From: Dehalococcoidia bacterium
GTDB lineage: Bacteria; Chloroflexota; Dehalococcoidia; Lucifugimonadales; UBA1123
DNA: 64,000 bases
NCBI GenBank assembly: GCA_965214745.1
Contig: OZ243978.1
Span: 2,722,491 to 2,786,490, forward strand
Reading direction: 5' to 3'
Shown piece by piece: positions 9,984-20,251 of this stretch (positions are counted from its first letter, which is position 1; the number at the start of each line of letters is the position of its first letter). A program made the position numbers and the translations under genes. Under the pieces are notes generated by a model, which saw nothing but the letters and a program-made list of their open reading frames with translations, had not been told where the DNA came from and did no database searches.

Positions 9984-11411
9984 TTACGAGAATCCCGCGT
10001 ACAGCTTGCTCTCGGATAGATCCACCACTTCATGCGGCAAGCCGCTGTTCGCGGCGTACTCCGCGCCTTTCTCGGTTACCAGCAGCGTTCCGCCCTTCCC
10101 TAGCGGACGTCCCTTGCGCATGATGAGCGAGCCGGCTACGAAGCTCATCGCGGCGCGCCCGCGCTCTCGGTCCAGCACGGTGATGTCAGCGTCCGCGCCC
10201 GGCGTGAGATGCCCCTTGCGAGCCAACCCCATCATGCGCGCGGGCGCCCAGCTCAGCTTTTCCGCCATCTCCAGAGGCGTCAGCGCGCCGAACGCCACGA
10301 GCGCCATGGTGCTTTCTATGGCGACGTTTCGCGGATGCGATCCGCCGTCTGTGCTTACGGCGTCTACGATGAACTCTCCGGCGGCGTTCTTCGCCACGCT
10401 GAGCGTGAACGCGCTCGACGGCGTGTTGACTGGGAAGCTCATGCCGACGTTGCTTCGCGCTTCCTCGAACAGCCGCAGCGCCTCGCCGCGCCGCGCGTAG
10501 TACACCTGCCCGCCGCGCTGAGCAACCACCGAGCCATAGCCATCCATGATCGCCTGCCGCATCCCGTCGTATGTCGGCTCGTATCCGCGCAGCCGCAGGC
10601 AGTTGCGCGGAACGTCCGCCATGACGTTTCCCCTCGCGTCGCATCGTCCGCTGGTGCCGTTCTGCGGCGCGTGGTAAACCTCCGACACTAGCCGCTCGCC
10701 CATCGAATCCAGCATGTCCAGCGCCTCCGCGCACTCAGACGCGGGGTCTTCGATAACGCCTCGGCAGTAGCTGTTGATGTGGCAGACATGCAGCCGCCCA
10801 TCGCCTACGATGGCGGGAATCTCGCGCAGCCCCTCCAATTGGCTGCCCGATTCGGTCGTGCCGACGTGGTACGCCACATAAGCGCGCTGAGCGTTGGATT
10901 CCGCTATTATCTCGCCCGTAGTCTCCGGGCTGAAGGGATAGTATCCGCCGAGAATCTTCACGCCGTAGCAGCCTTGCTTCAGCGCGTCGGCGACGACGTC
11001 GCGGATGACAGGCGCGGACATCTTCCCGTTGGGGATGGAGAAGCCGGGGATGAGCGCGAAGTTGCAGGCTACGTTCAGCCCCGCGCCGCGCCGCTCGATG
11101 CCGTCCACGAGCGAGCCGCCGTCCCCTCCCATATCCATGACGGTGGTGGTTCCGGCTTGCGCCAGCATTCGGTATCCGAGCGCCGGGTCCCAGCTGCGGG
11201 AAAGCCCCGCCACATGCGCGTGGGTGTCTATGTGGCCCGGCATCACCCAAGCGCCGGATACGTCTATCACGTCGTCGGCGCGCGACGGGTCCAGCTCAGG
11301 CTCGACGCGCTCTATCCTACCGCGATGGATGGCGACGTCTGCGCGGCCCTCGAAGCCATTCTTGGGGTCCAGCGCGACGCCGCCGGAAAGTATCAGGTCC
11401 CAGTTCGCCAT
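9984..11411 (-). CDS. metal-dependent amidohydrolase (D-aminoacylase/dihydroorotase-like superfamily)
   Basis: 475 aa. N-terminal beta-sandwich followed by the metal-binding GHIDTHAHV motif. C-terminal ...GADADITVLD typical of the composite domain. Confidence 0.8.
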   Translation of the reverse strand: MANWDLILSGGVALDPKNGFEGRADVAIHRGRIERVEPELDPSRADDVIDVSGAWVMPGHIDTHAHVAGLSRSWDPALGYRMLAQAGTTTVMDMGGDGGSLVDGIERRGAGLNVACNFALIPGFSIPNGKMSAPVIRDVVADALKQGCYGVKILGGYYPFSPETTGEIIAESNAQRAYVAYHVGTTESGSQLEGLREIPAIVGDGRLHVCHINSYCRGVIEDPASECAEALDMLDSMGERLVSEVYHAPQNGTSGRCDARGNVMADVPRNCLRLRGYEPTYDGMRQAIMDGYGSVVAQRGGQVYYARRGEALRLFEEARSNVGMSFPVNTPSSAFTLSVAKNAAGEFIVDAVSTDGGSHPRNVAIESTMALVAFGALTPLEMAEKLSWAPARMMGLARKGHLTPGADADITVLDRERGRAAMSFVAGSLIMRKGRPLGKGGTLLVTEKGAEYAANSGLPHEVVDLSESKLYAGFS

Positions 11412-11602
11412 ATGCTCGGGCGCTCCCTCCGCTGTCTGTATTCGCCGCCCGCGTATAGTACACTATCGGCATTGGGCGGCGGCGCGCGCGGACGGCGCGG
11501 ACATATGCGAGCCAATCGCGTAAGCTCCAACGCCATTCATCATTTTGGCGCGCGCTAGAATCCGAGCGGAGCGTCGAGGACTTATTCGAGGAGCGAAATC
11601 GC

Positions 11603-12469
11603 ATGAAACTTGGGGTAGTGTTTCCACAAACTGAGATAGGCAGCGACGCGGGCGGCGTGCGCGAGTACGCTCAGGCGGCGGAGGGCATGGGCTACAACCA
11701 CATCATAGCGTTCGACCACGTGCTGGGCGCGAACGCCGAATCCCGCCCCGGCTGGAGCGGCGCGTACCGGCATACCGACGCCTTCCACGAACCGTTCGTG
11801 CTGTACGGCTTCTTGGCGGGGCAGACGAGCCGCGTGGAGCTGGTTACGGCGGTTATCATCCTGCCGCAGCGCCAGACGGCGCTGGTGGCGAAGCAGGCGG
11901 CGGCGGTGGACGTGCTGAGCGGCGGACGGCTGCGGCTAGGCATCGGCATCGGCTGGAACGCGGTGGAGTACGAGGCGCTGGGCGAGAACTTCCACGACCG
12001 GGGGCGGCGCTCGGAAGAGCAGATAGACTTGATGCGGAAGCTGTGGACGAACGAGCTGGTTACCTACGAAGGCAGGTGGCACAAGGTTACGGACGCGGGG
12101 CTGAACCCGCTGCCGACGCAGCAGCCAATACCGATATGGTTCGGCGGCGCGGCGCCGCAGACGGTTCGGCGCGTAGCCACTATCGGCGACGGCTGGTTCC
12201 CGCTCTTCCGCCCGGACGAGCGCGGTCAGGCGCTGATTGCGAGTATGCGGGAGCAGGCGGAAGCGGCGGGGCGCGATCCGGCATCTATCGGCGTTGAAAG
12301 CTGGGTGTCCATCGGGGGCGCGTCGGAGGACGAACAGCGTCGGCAGGTGGAGACGTGGCGCGGTTTGGGCGCGACTCACATCTCGGTGAACACGATGAAC
12401 GCGGGCATAGACTCGGTGGACGGACACATCGAGGCGATTCGGCGGTTCAAGGAGATGGCGGAGGGGTAG
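11603..12469 (+). CDS. LLM-class F420-dependent oxidoreductase (luciferase-like)
   Basis: 288 aa. MKLGVVFPQTEIG..., ...RLRLGIGIGWNAVEYEALGENFHDRGRRSEEQIDLMRKLW... matches the Rv2161c-type LLM pattern. Confidence 0.8.
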   Translation: MKLGVVFPQTEIGSDAGGVREYAQAAEGMGYNHIIAFDHVLGANAESRPGWSGAYRHTDAFHEPFVLYGFLAGQTSRVELVTAVIILPQRQTALVAKQAAAVDVLSGGRLRLGIGIGWNAVEYEALGENFHDRGRRSEEQIDLMRKLWTNELVTYEGRWHKVTDAGLNPLPTQQPIPIWFGGAAPQTVRRVATIGDGWFPLFRPDERGQALIASMREQAEAAGRDPASIGVESWVSIGGASEDEQRRQVETWRGLGATHISVNTMNAGIDSVDGHIEAIRRFKEMAEG

Positions 12470-12520
12470 CCTCTAGCGAACGGGCGATCTTGCCGACGCC
12501 CAAGGACAGACGCCACAACC

Positions 12521-13243
12521 CTACGGCGCCGCCGCGTCTGTGGCGTCTGTCTCAGCGGAGAGGCGCAAGTCGAAGATTCGGCGGCGAACCTCGAACGCGA
12601 AGCCGGGCATCACGGATTCGCCCGATACGGTCTCAGGATATTCCAGAATCTCAGGCTCGGCGTCGGGGCGGTAGACGTGGACTTGCCGTCGATAGAGGTC
12701 TATCAGCCAGCCGAGCCGCGCGCCGTTGGCGATGTAGCGCCTCATCTTGTCGCGCAGAGGGGGAAGCCTGTCTGTGCTGGAAACTATCTCCGCGACGAAG
12801 GCGGGGCAGAATCTGATTGCGCCGCCCTCGGCTATCGGCGGATGCTCCGCCATCTGCTCCGCCGACAGCCAAGCCGCGTCGGGGCGAGGGCGAGACCCGT
12901 CCGGCAGGCGCGCTATGGCGCCCGCCCCGACAGCGCAGCCCCCGTGCCTTCTCGCCCACCAGTTCAAATCAGTACTCAGCTCCACTTCCGCCTTTGCGCT
13001 GTCGAAGTTCGACATGGGGTTTATCGCTAGCTCCCCGCCGCAGGTTAGCTCTAGGTAGAAGCCACGCTCCTCGTTGGCGCGGTCGAGTCTCTCGAACCAG
13101 CTGTCTATCTCGTCGTCCGCGAGCAAGCCCGCGACGGATTCCAGCATGGGGCGGATGTCGACGAAGAGGGTGCGCGACAGGGGGAAGTCGTCAGCATCCT
13201 CGACGACGGTGGGAGCGGCTTTCGGCAACGCGGCGGTGGTCAT
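12521..13243 (-). CDS. Uma2-family (DUF820) putative endonuclease
   Basis: 240 aa. PD-(D/E)xK-like core ...RPDAAWLS...PAFVAEIVSSTDRLPPLRDKMRRYIANGARLGWLIDLYRRQVHVYRPD. Confidence 0.75.
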   Translation of the reverse strand: MTTAALPKAAPTVVEDADDFPLSRTLFVDIRPMLESVAGLLADDEIDSWFERLDRANEERGFYLELTCGGELAINPMSNFDSAKAEVELSTDLNWWARRHGGCAVGAGAIARLPDGSRPRPDAAWLSAEQMAEHPPIAEGGAIRFCPAFVAEIVSSTDRLPPLRDKMRRYIANGARLGWLIDLYRRQVHVYRPDAEPEILEYPETVSGESVMPGFAFEVRRRIFDLRLSAETDATDAAAP

Positions 13244-13360
13244 GTACGCGCAATTCCTTCATGAGCAAAAGCCCGCGACGGGATCCCCGTTATGGGGCGG
13301 GCATCGAAGCGATTCTGCGGTTCGAGGAGGTTGCGGATGAGCAGCCGCGCCAACCGCCTG

Positions 13361-14433
13361 TCAGTCTTCCGACTCTACGAGAACCCTGCGAGTCCGCAAC
13401 GGGATGTCGGCGCGGATATCCACTGGCAGCGAGTCGTAGGTTTCCAGCAGCCTCTCTACCAACTCATATGGACCCCAGAGCCGTATCTGGAAGAACGAGC
13501 GCTCGTTTTCTTTGCGGACCGCGCTGGTAAAGTCCGCCAAGCTGACCAACAGCCCGTACTGCGCTCCGAAGCCCTGAATGTTCCCTTGCAGCCGATTGTA
13601 GTCGGGCAATCCAATCGGAGCGGCGCCGGACTTGACCTGAACGCACAGCCTAGGCTCGCCGAAACCCATATCGCCCATGCCCGCCACGACGTCGATGCCG
13701 CCATCGGGACCTAGCCTTGTCTGAGCGGCGCTGTAACCGGACGCCTTCAGTATCTCCGCGACCAAGTACTCCAGCCGCGTTCCCGGAAATCTTTGCCTGA
13801 TTCTCTGGACGATGCGGTCTTCGATCTGCTCGTCCAAGTTGCTGTCAGGGACGTCGTCGTCGGGAATGAGTGTCTGCGGTTCGGACTCGATTGTCGGCTG
13901 CTCAGATGCCGGCTGCCCGTCTAAATGGGCGTTTACGACCCTTTCGATTCGAGATGCCGCGTTGTCTATATTGACCCTGAACACGGTGCGCCTGTAGCCA
14001 AACGAGGAGAGCAGGTCCTGGTCGAAATTCGGGCGAGGCACATCGGACACCCGCCAATCTACTCTGCGAATGTGGGGGACGCGGGTATCTGCTAGGTAGG
14101 GGCAGTCGGGGCGGTAGAGGTAACCGCCGGCGACTCGTCCGACCGCAACCACCCTCGGGGTTTTCCTAGGCAGAACGACCATATCGCCGTTCTCTATCTC
14201 GTTGGCGAATCGCCAAAGCTGCCCCGCCGCCGTCGACACCTGATGGGCGCTTGCGGCAGGCTTCGAGCTGGACAGACACTCGCGCAGCTCGTTCATGTCA
14301 GCGAAGTCCGCGACGCTTCGCCAAAATTCGTAGCGATCGCCGCAATGCCCTCCTGGAGAACGAATTCTTCGAGCGCTAGTCCTCGTTTTCGTCCTTCATT
14401 TCCGCCGCTCGCTCTGACAACCCAAACGTTCAT
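13361..14433 (-). pseudogene. Mrr-type restriction endonuclease (COG4127-like N-terminal domain + Mrr_cat), copy A, N-terminus frameshifted
   Basis: ORF 13361..14296 carries Mrr_cat motifs (GPDGGIDVVAG...LCVQVKSG...LLVSLADFTS). The first ~46 codons (ATG 14433, MNVWVVRASGG...) are in another frame and end at a TGA overlapping ATG 14296. Compared with copy B there is a 1-nt deletion (atcgctacg versus atcggctacg) and a 21-nt insertion. Confidence 0.65.
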
Positions 14434-14458
14434 TCCGTTCATCTCCCCCGATTCGGCG

Positions 14459-14559
14459 TCAGTTGGCGGGCGCGGCTGCGGGCGGGCTGCCGAAGATGTC
14501 GGCGAACTGCTCCCCTTCGATGGTTTCGTTCTCGATGAGGTAGTTGGATACGTGTTCTA
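14459..14559 (-). pseudogene. duplicated 3' fragment of ftsH (last ~33 codons plus stop)
   Basis: Encodes ...[32 protein letters not shown]. By eye the nucleotides are identical to the real ftsH 3' end at 15118..15218. Confidence 0.8.
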
Positions 14560-15093
14560 AATGAGTGTCTGCGGTTCGGACTCGATTGCCGGCTGCCCGT
14601 CCAAATGGGCGTTTACGACCCTTTCGATTCGAGATGCCGCGTTGTCTATATTGACCCTGAACACGGTGCGCCTGCCGCCAAACGAGGAGAGCAGGTCCTG
14701 ATCGAAATTCGGGCGAGGCACGTCGGACACCCGCCAATCTACGCTACGAATGTGGGGGACGCGAGTGTCTGCTAGGTAGGGGCAGTCGGGGCGGTAGAGG
14801 TAACCGCCGGCGACCCGTCCGACCGCAACCACCCTCGGCTTTTTCCTAGGCAGAACGACCATATCGCCGTTCTCTATCTCGTTGGCGAACCGCCAAAGCT
14901 GCCCCACCGCCGTCGACACCTGACGGGCGCTTGCGGCGGGCTTCGAGCTGGACAGACACTCACGCAGCTCGTTCACGTCAGCGAAGTCCGCAACGCTCCG
15001 CCAAAAGCCGTAGCCGATCGCCGCAATGCCCTCCTGAAGAACGAATTCTTCTAGTCCTCCATCTCCGCCCGCTCTGACGACCCAAACGTTCAT
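14557..15093 (-). pseudogene. Mrr-type restriction endonuclease copy B: intact N-terminal domain, nuclease domain missing (truncated at duplication junction)
   Basis: 178-aa ORF MNVWVVRAGGDGGLEEFVLQEGIAAIGYGFWRS...IESEPQTLI*. Collinear with copy A residues but stops (TAG 14557-14559) exactly where the repeat unit ends. No Mrr_cat domain. Confidence 0.6.
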
Positions 15094-15117
15094 TCCGTTA
15101 TCTCCCCCGATTCGGCG

Positions 15118-16935
15118 TCAGTTGGCGGGCGCGGCTGCGGGCGGGCTGCCGAAGATGTCGGCGAACTGCTCCCCTTCGATGGTTTCGTTCTCGATGAGGT
15201 AGTTGGATACGTGCTCTAGGCGAGCCTTGTTGTCCGTCAGGATGCTCATGGCGGTTTCGTACGCGCCGCCTATGAGGGAGTGAACTTCGTCGTCTATCTG
15301 CTCCGCGATGCTGTCGGAGTAGTCGCGCTGTTCGGAGATCTCGCGTCCGAGGAACACCAGCTCATCGCGCTTGCCGAAGGTGCGCGGGCCTAGCTTGTCG
15401 CTCATGCCGAAGCGGGTAACCATCGTGCGCGCGATGTTCGTCGCCTGCTCTAAGTCGTTGCTGGCGCCGGTGGTGACTTCGCCGAACACTAGCTCTTCAG
15501 CCGCCCTGCCGCCCATCGCCATGGCGAGCCGCGCTTCGAGCTGATCGCTGGTTATCAAGGTGCGGTCTTCTTCTGGCATCGTCTTGGTGTAGCCGCCCGC
15601 CTGCCCGCGCGCGATGATGGTCACTTTGGCTACCGGATCGGCGTCCGGGAGCATGTGTGCGACGACGGCGTGCCCCGCCTCGTGGTAGGCGGTAACCGCC
15701 TTCTCGCGGTCGCTGATGACGCGGCTTCGGCGCTCAGGACCCGCGGTGACGCGGTCTATGCTCTCGGAGAACTCCGAGAAGCCAATCAGCTTCTTGTCGC
15801 GGCGGGCGGTGAGGATAGCAGCCTCGTTCACCAAGTTGGCGAGGTCGGCGCCGCTGAAGCCCACCGTCTGCTTAGCCACACGCTCCAAGTCCACATCCTC
15901 GTCCAGAGGCTTGCCGTTGGAGTGAACCTTGAGGATAGCCTCACGCCCGCGAACGTCTGGGTTGTCTATTATCACGCGGCGGTCGAACCTGCCGGGGCGC
16001 AGCAGCGCGGGGTCTAGGATGTCCGGGCGGTTCGTAGCCGCCATGACGATGACGTTAGAGCCGGTGTCGAAGCCGTCCATCTCGACCAGAATCTGGTTCA
16101 GCGTCTGCTCCCGCTCGTCGTGTCCGCCGCCCAGACCCGCGCCGCGGTGTCTGCCCACGGCGTCTATCTCGTCCACGAACACGATGCAAGGCGAGTTGCG
16201 CTTGGCTTGGTCGAACAGGTCTCGAACGCGGCTTGCGCCCACGCCTACGAACATCTCGACGAACTCGGAGCCGCTTATGTTGAAGAACGGCACACCCGCT
16301 TCGCCCGCGACCGCGCGCGCCATGAGCGTTTTGCCGGTGCCGGGGGGGCCAACCAGCAGAACGCCTTTGGGTATCTTCGCGCCCAGCGCTAGGAATCGCT
16401 CCGGGAATTTCAGGAACTCGACGACTTCCTGAAGCTCCTCTTTAGCTTCTTCGACGCCAGCGACGTCCGAGAAGCTCACGTCTGGGCTGTTGCCCATCAT
16501 CATGCGCGCGCGGCTGCGCCCGAAACTGAAGGTCTGGTTGGAGTTGCCCTGCGCCTGCCGCATCATGAACAGCAGGATAGCGGCGAAGAGGATGAGCGGC
16601 AGGAAGTTGAACATCAGCCCCAAGAAAGTCGATAAGCCGCTCTGCCCTCTCGGTTCGATGCTCACGTTGGCGTTCACCATGTCCACGCCCGCTTGCTGGA
16701 GTATCCCGACAATGGTGGAGCCGGACTCTTTGCGAGCGGCGAGCGCCTCGCCTGAGCGCGTTATGACCGTGAGCGAGTCTCCCTTGACCTCGATGGTTTC
16801 AACGTCGCCGCGCTTGGTCATGGCGATGACTTCGTTGATGGAGATTTCCCGCCCGCCGACGGCGCTGGAAAGCAGGTTGAATGCAATTGCGGTTATGGCT
16901 ACGACTATAAGCAGGTATATGAGGGTCTTCCGCAT
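15118..16935 (-). CDS. ftsH: ATP-dependent zinc metalloprotease FtsH
   Basis: Start set at [14 protein letters not shown] (16935; alternative 16971). Walker A GPPGTGKT, Walker [12 protein letters not shown] region, zinc site HEAGHAV. The 898-aa tracked ORF is an artefactual upstream extension. Confidence 0.93.
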   Translation of the reverse strand: MRKTLIYLLIVVAITAIAFNLLSSAVGGREISINEVIAMTKRGDVETIEVKGDSLTVITRSGEALAARKESGSTIVGILQQAGVDMVNANVSIEPRGQSGLSTFLGLMFNFLPLILFAAILLFMMRQAQGNSNQTFSFGRSRARMMMGNSPDVSFSDVAGVEEAKEELQEVVEFLKFPERFLALGAKIPKGVLLVGPPGTGKTLMARAVAGEAGVPFFNISGSEFVEMFVGVGASRVRDLFDQAKRNSPCIVFVDEIDAVGRHRGAGLGGGHDEREQTLNQILVEMDGFDTGSNVIVMAATNRPDILDPALLRPGRFDRRVIIDNPDVRGREAILKVHSNGKPLDEDVDLERVAKQTVGFSGADLANLVNEAAILTARRDKKLIGFSEFSESIDRVTAGPERRSRVISDREKAVTAYHEAGHAVVAHMLPDADPVAKVTIIARGQAGGYTKTMPEEDRTLITSDQLEARLAMAMGGRAAEELVFGEVTTGASNDLEQATNIARTMVTRFGMSDKLGPRTFGKRDELVFLGREISEQRDYSDSIAEQIDDEVHSLIGGAYETAMSILTDNKARLEHVSNYLIENETIEGEQFADIFGSPPAAAPAN

Positions 16936-17224
16936 CGCTCGCCCGTTCGTCCTCCCGCGCGCTCGTCGCATGTGGGCTTGTGGCTGATTGGCTAAGTATA
17001 GCAGATATGCGCGGGCAACACGCGCCGCGCGGCGTCCGCTGAAGCAAAACTGCTGAATTCGAGGGGTATATACATATTGACATCTGTGGTATGTTTTGGC
17101 GCAAGCAAGCCCGCGTGCGGATTTTGCGCCGATTTTGACGAATGTTCGAGCGGCGGCGGGCAAAAATAGCCAACTGCGGCCGCCGCGCCGAGTTGGATTT
17201 TCGCTGTACTCTTGGAGGCGCTTT

Positions 17225-19234
17225 ATGAGAGCGGCAATTGGTTCTGTTGCGCTGGTCATGATATTGGCTCTGCTGGCGGCGGGCTGCACCAGAGAAGTAG
17301 AGGTGCCGGGTGAAACCGTCATCAAGGAAGTCGTCGTCGAGAAACCGGTCGAGGTAGTCAAGGTAGAGACGGTGGAGGTGCCGGGCGAGACTGTCATCAA
17401 GGAAGTCGTCAAGGTGGAGACGGTAGAGGTGCCGGGCGAAACCGTCATCAAGGAAGTCGTCAAGGAGGTAGTCGTCGAGAAGCCTATCGAGGTAGTCAAG
17501 ACCGAGATCAAAGAGGTAATCGTCGAGAAGCCGATAACCCAGCTCAAGGAAGTGGTTATCATAGCGACCCCCTCCCCCGCCGACATGGCGCCCACCCAGA
17601 TAGTGCCGAGCGGCACGTTCAACGGCGCGATAGGCAGCTTCTCCCCGGTGTCCGGCTGGGGTCCGTCCTGCACCGCGTGTTCGCAGCTGGTGGGGGCGAG
17701 CGTAGGCGAGGCGCTATTCGCCACCGCGCGAGACGAAGAGGGCGCAATCGGGCTGTCCCCGTGGCTGGTGACTAGCTGGACGCTTGCGGACGACGCCTCG
17801 TACAGCGACTTCACCCTTCAAGAAGGCGTGCAGTTCCATCAAGACTTCGGCGAGATGACCGCCGACGATGTGGCGTGGTACTTCAACCTTATCAACACGA
17901 ACACGAACCCCGAATCCAAGCACGACACCGGCGTTCAGATTTTCGACCTAGACGGCGCGGAGGCTATAGACCGCTACACGGTGCGGTTCAACTGGCGCGG
18001 ATACGGCGGCTACACCCTGATGCAGGAGTTCACCGACCTGCAAGAGGGCGTAGAGGTGATGTCCAAGCGCGCCTTCGACACGAGGGGGCAAGAGTGGATG
18101 TCTGAGAACGTGCCTATAACCACAGGCCCGTTCGAGGTGCAGAAGTGGACGCAGGGCGAAGAGATTCGGCTGATTGCGGTTCCCGACCACTGGCGAAAGA
18201 CATCGTACATCGCTAGGGTGAGCGTCTTGGCGGTGCCGGAAGGCACGACGCGGCGCGCGATGCTCGAGTCCGGGCAGGCGCACGCGGCGCACATATCGCT
18301 GAACGATATGCCGCAGCTCATCAACTCCGGCTTCAAGCTGGCGCCGGAGATCATTCAAGGGCAGCTCAACCTAGGCTTCGGCGGCAACTACTGGGAAGAC
18401 ACCCACGCCAAGACGGGCGAGCCACTGGAGCGGGCGCGCGACACGTCCGTTCCATGGGTGGGCGATCCGTTCGAGAACGGTGGCGCATATGACGAGAACA
18501 CGCCCTCCATGCAGCGCTCCAAGAAGGTCCGCTGGGCGCTCTCGCAATCCATAGACCGCGACCTGCTAGCCGATACGGTGCTGAACGGCCTAGGCTGGGG
18601 CATCACCGTTGGGCATATGTCCACCGACGATCCGCTCTACCTACAGAACCCCGGCAGGTGGGACGTGCCATACGACCCCGACGCGGCGAACGCGCTGCTG
18701 GACGAAGCGGGATACGGCGGATGCGAGGGGCTGACGCCCAAGGTGTGGACGGGTCCCAGCGGCACGGTCGTACAACTCTGGGACGCCGTGGGCGTAATGT
18801 GGCAGACCGATTTGGGATGCACGGCTGAGTTCGACCGCACGGACTACTACGCGCAGCACAGACCCGGCATCGTGGCGCGAACGAGCGTGAACATCTACAG
18901 CGGCTGCTGCCCGGGCATGGGCATTTGGCCCATGGAGTGGAGCTTCACTTCACACAACTACCCGGGCGGGTTTGGCGTAGGAATCGAAACGCCCACCCAC
19001 ACGCGGCTGTACCTCGCCAAGCAGCAGGCTGCCGCCACAGGCGCGGACCCCGTGGCTCTGGGGCTGGAACAGCACGACTTCAACCACGAGTGGCAGCTGT
19101 TCTCCGGCATCGTCAGGTTCCCGGATGGCGCGATGTACGACCCGAACGCCATGTACTGGGAAGACATGCGCCCGTACCAGTGGGGCAAGATAGGCGGCTT
19201 GCGCAGCTTCGAGGACATCCAGCTGGTCAGGTAG
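17225..19234 (+). CDS. ABC transporter substrate-binding lipoprotein, family 5 (peptide/nickel/opine type) with long repetitive V/E/K-rich N-terminal linker
   Basis: Start at [21 protein letters not shown] (lipobox). About 90-aa repeat linker, then an SBP_bac_5-like body (...[27 protein letters not shown]...). Confidence 0.8.
   Translation: MRAAIGSVALVMILALLAAGCTREVEVPGETVIKEVVVEKPVEVVKVETVEVPGETVIKEVVKVETVEVPGETVIKEVVKEVVVEKPIEVVKTEIKEVIVEKPITQLKEVVIIATPSPADMAPTQIVPSGTFNGAIGSFSPVSGWGPSCTACSQLVGASVGEALFATARDEEGAIGLSPWLVTSWTLADDASYSDFTLQEGVQFHQDFGEMTADDVAWYFNLINTNTNPESKHDTGVQIFDLDGAEAIDRYTVRFNWRGYGGYTLMQEFTDLQEGVEVMSKRAFDTRGQEWMSENVPITTGPFEVQKWTQGEEIRLIAVPDHWRKTSYIARVSVLAVPEGTTRRAMLESGQAHAAHISLNDMPQLINSGFKLAPEIIQGQLNLGFGGNYWEDTHAKTGEPLERARDTSVPWVGDPFENGGAYDENTPSMQRSKKVRWALSQSIDRDLLADTVLNGLGWGITVGHMSTDDPLYLQNPGRWDVPYDPDAANALLDEAGYGGCEGLTPKVWTGPSGTVVQLWDAVGVMWQTDLGCTAEFDRTDYYAQHRPGIVARTSVNIYSGCCPGMGIWPMEWSFTSHNYPGGFGVGIETPTHTRLYLAKQQAAATGADPVALGLEQHDFNHEWQLFSGIVRFPDGAMYDPNAMYWEDMRPYQWGKIGGLRSFEDIQLVR
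17297..17540 (+). repeat. in-frame tandem/interspersed coding repeats (three 39-nt copies encoding [13 protein letters not shown] plus VVEKP(V/I)EVVK copies)
   Basis: Copies at 17297-17335, 17372-17410 and 17423-17461 (gt(a/g)gaggtgccggg(t/c)ga(a/g)ac(c/t)gtcatcaaggaagtcgtc). Related gtcgtcgagaa(a/g)cc motifs continue up to ~17540. Confidence 0.75.
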
Positions 19235-19315
19235 CGGGATATGGCGGCGGACGGGGCGTCGACGCGCTCCGTCCGCCCGACCCGCTGATTCCACAGGCTG
19301 AGATGGATAGGGCGC

Positions 19316-20251
19316 GTGGCAAAGTTCATCGCTAGAAGAATAGTTACTTCGACGCTGGCTATCATCGCGTCCGCGATGCTGGTGTTCGGCTTGTCGCGCG
19401 GGCTTGCCGACCCTCGCTACACGCTCATCGGGCAGGCGGGCTACGGCATGTCGCCGGAGACGTGGGAGCGGCTCGGCAAAGAGCTTCATCTTGACAAGCC
19501 CGTGCCGATACAGTTCGCCTACTGGACAATCAGCATGGCGCAGGGCGACTTCGGCAAAGACCTAATAGACGACAAGCCTGTTCTGCCCAAGCTGCGCGAA
19601 AAGATTTTGCCTACCGCCAAGCTCGGCTTGGTGGCGTGGGTTATCGCTACTATCATTGGGATTCCGCTGGGCGTAGTATCCGCGATAAACCGCGCTTCTA
19701 CGCTGGACTACCTGAGCAGGGGATTCGCGCTGTTCGGGCAGGCGGTGCCTACGTTCTGGGCGGGCATTCTGGCGATACTGCTGTTCACCGTGTGGCTGGA
19801 CTGGCTCCCGGCGGCGGGAATGGGCGAGGGGTTCGCGGTTCGCAACTACATCATGCCGGCGGTAGTGCTGGCGTGGCTGCCTGCGGCGGGATACCTGCGT
19901 TTCACGCGCTCCGCCATGCTGGAAGTGCTGGATTCCGAATTCGTCAAGCTGGCGCGCGCCAAGGGCGTGCCATACCGCTCCATCATCTGGAAGCACGCTT
20001 TCCGCAACGCCTCGCTGGTTCCGCTAACCGCCACCGCGCTGGTGCTTGCCGGCTTCATCACCGGATCCGTGCTGGTGGAGGCAGTGTTCGCGTGGCCCGG
20101 CATAGGTCAATACGCGGTGCAGGCGGTGGCGACCAACAACATCAACGTCCTCGTGCCGATAGTCTTGATATTCACCATCCTGTTCATCATCGCCAACTTC
20201 GTCGTAGACATCATGTACGGGCTGCTCGACCCGAGGATTAGATACTCGTGA
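19316..20251 (+). CDS. ABC transporter permease (DppB/OppB-like)
   Basis: 311 aa, GTG start, 6 TM segments, BPD_transp_1 EAA-like region ...SEFVKLARAKGVPYRSIIWKHAFRNA. Confidence 0.9.
   Translation: MAKFIARRIVTSTLAIIASAMLVFGLSRGLADPRYTLIGQAGYGMSPETWERLGKELHLDKPVPIQFAYWTISMAQGDFGKDLIDDKPVLPKLREKILPTAKLGLVAWVIATIIGIPLGVVSAINRASTLDYLSRGFALFGQAVPTFWAGILAILLFTVWLDWLPAAGMGEGFAVRNYIMPAVVLAWLPAAGYLRFTRSAMLEVLDSEFVKLARAKGVPYRSIIWKHAFRNASLVPLTATALVLAGFITGSVLVEAVFAWPGIGQYAVQAVATNNINVLVPIVLIFTILFIIANFVVDIMYGLLDPRIRYS

Larger units (their letters stand above)
13865..15218. repeat. head-to-tail tandem duplication (unit A 13865..14559, unit B 14560..15218)
   Basis: Both units begin aatgagtgtctgcggttcggactcgattg... 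and end ...gatgaggtagttggatacgtg(t/c)tcta. Unit A has a 15-nt and a 21-nt insertion, a 1-nt deletion and scattered substitutions relative to B. Confidence 0.85.

Noticed and set aside
16936-17814. Upstream ~290 codons of the 898-aa ORF containing ftsH (with repeated [17 protein letters not shown]).
   Set aside because: This is the antisense reading of the V/E/K-repeat region of the plus-strand binding-protein gene. A normal FtsH N-terminus (MRKTLIYLL..., TM helix) starts at 16935, so the extension is an open-frame artefact of high GC and repeats.
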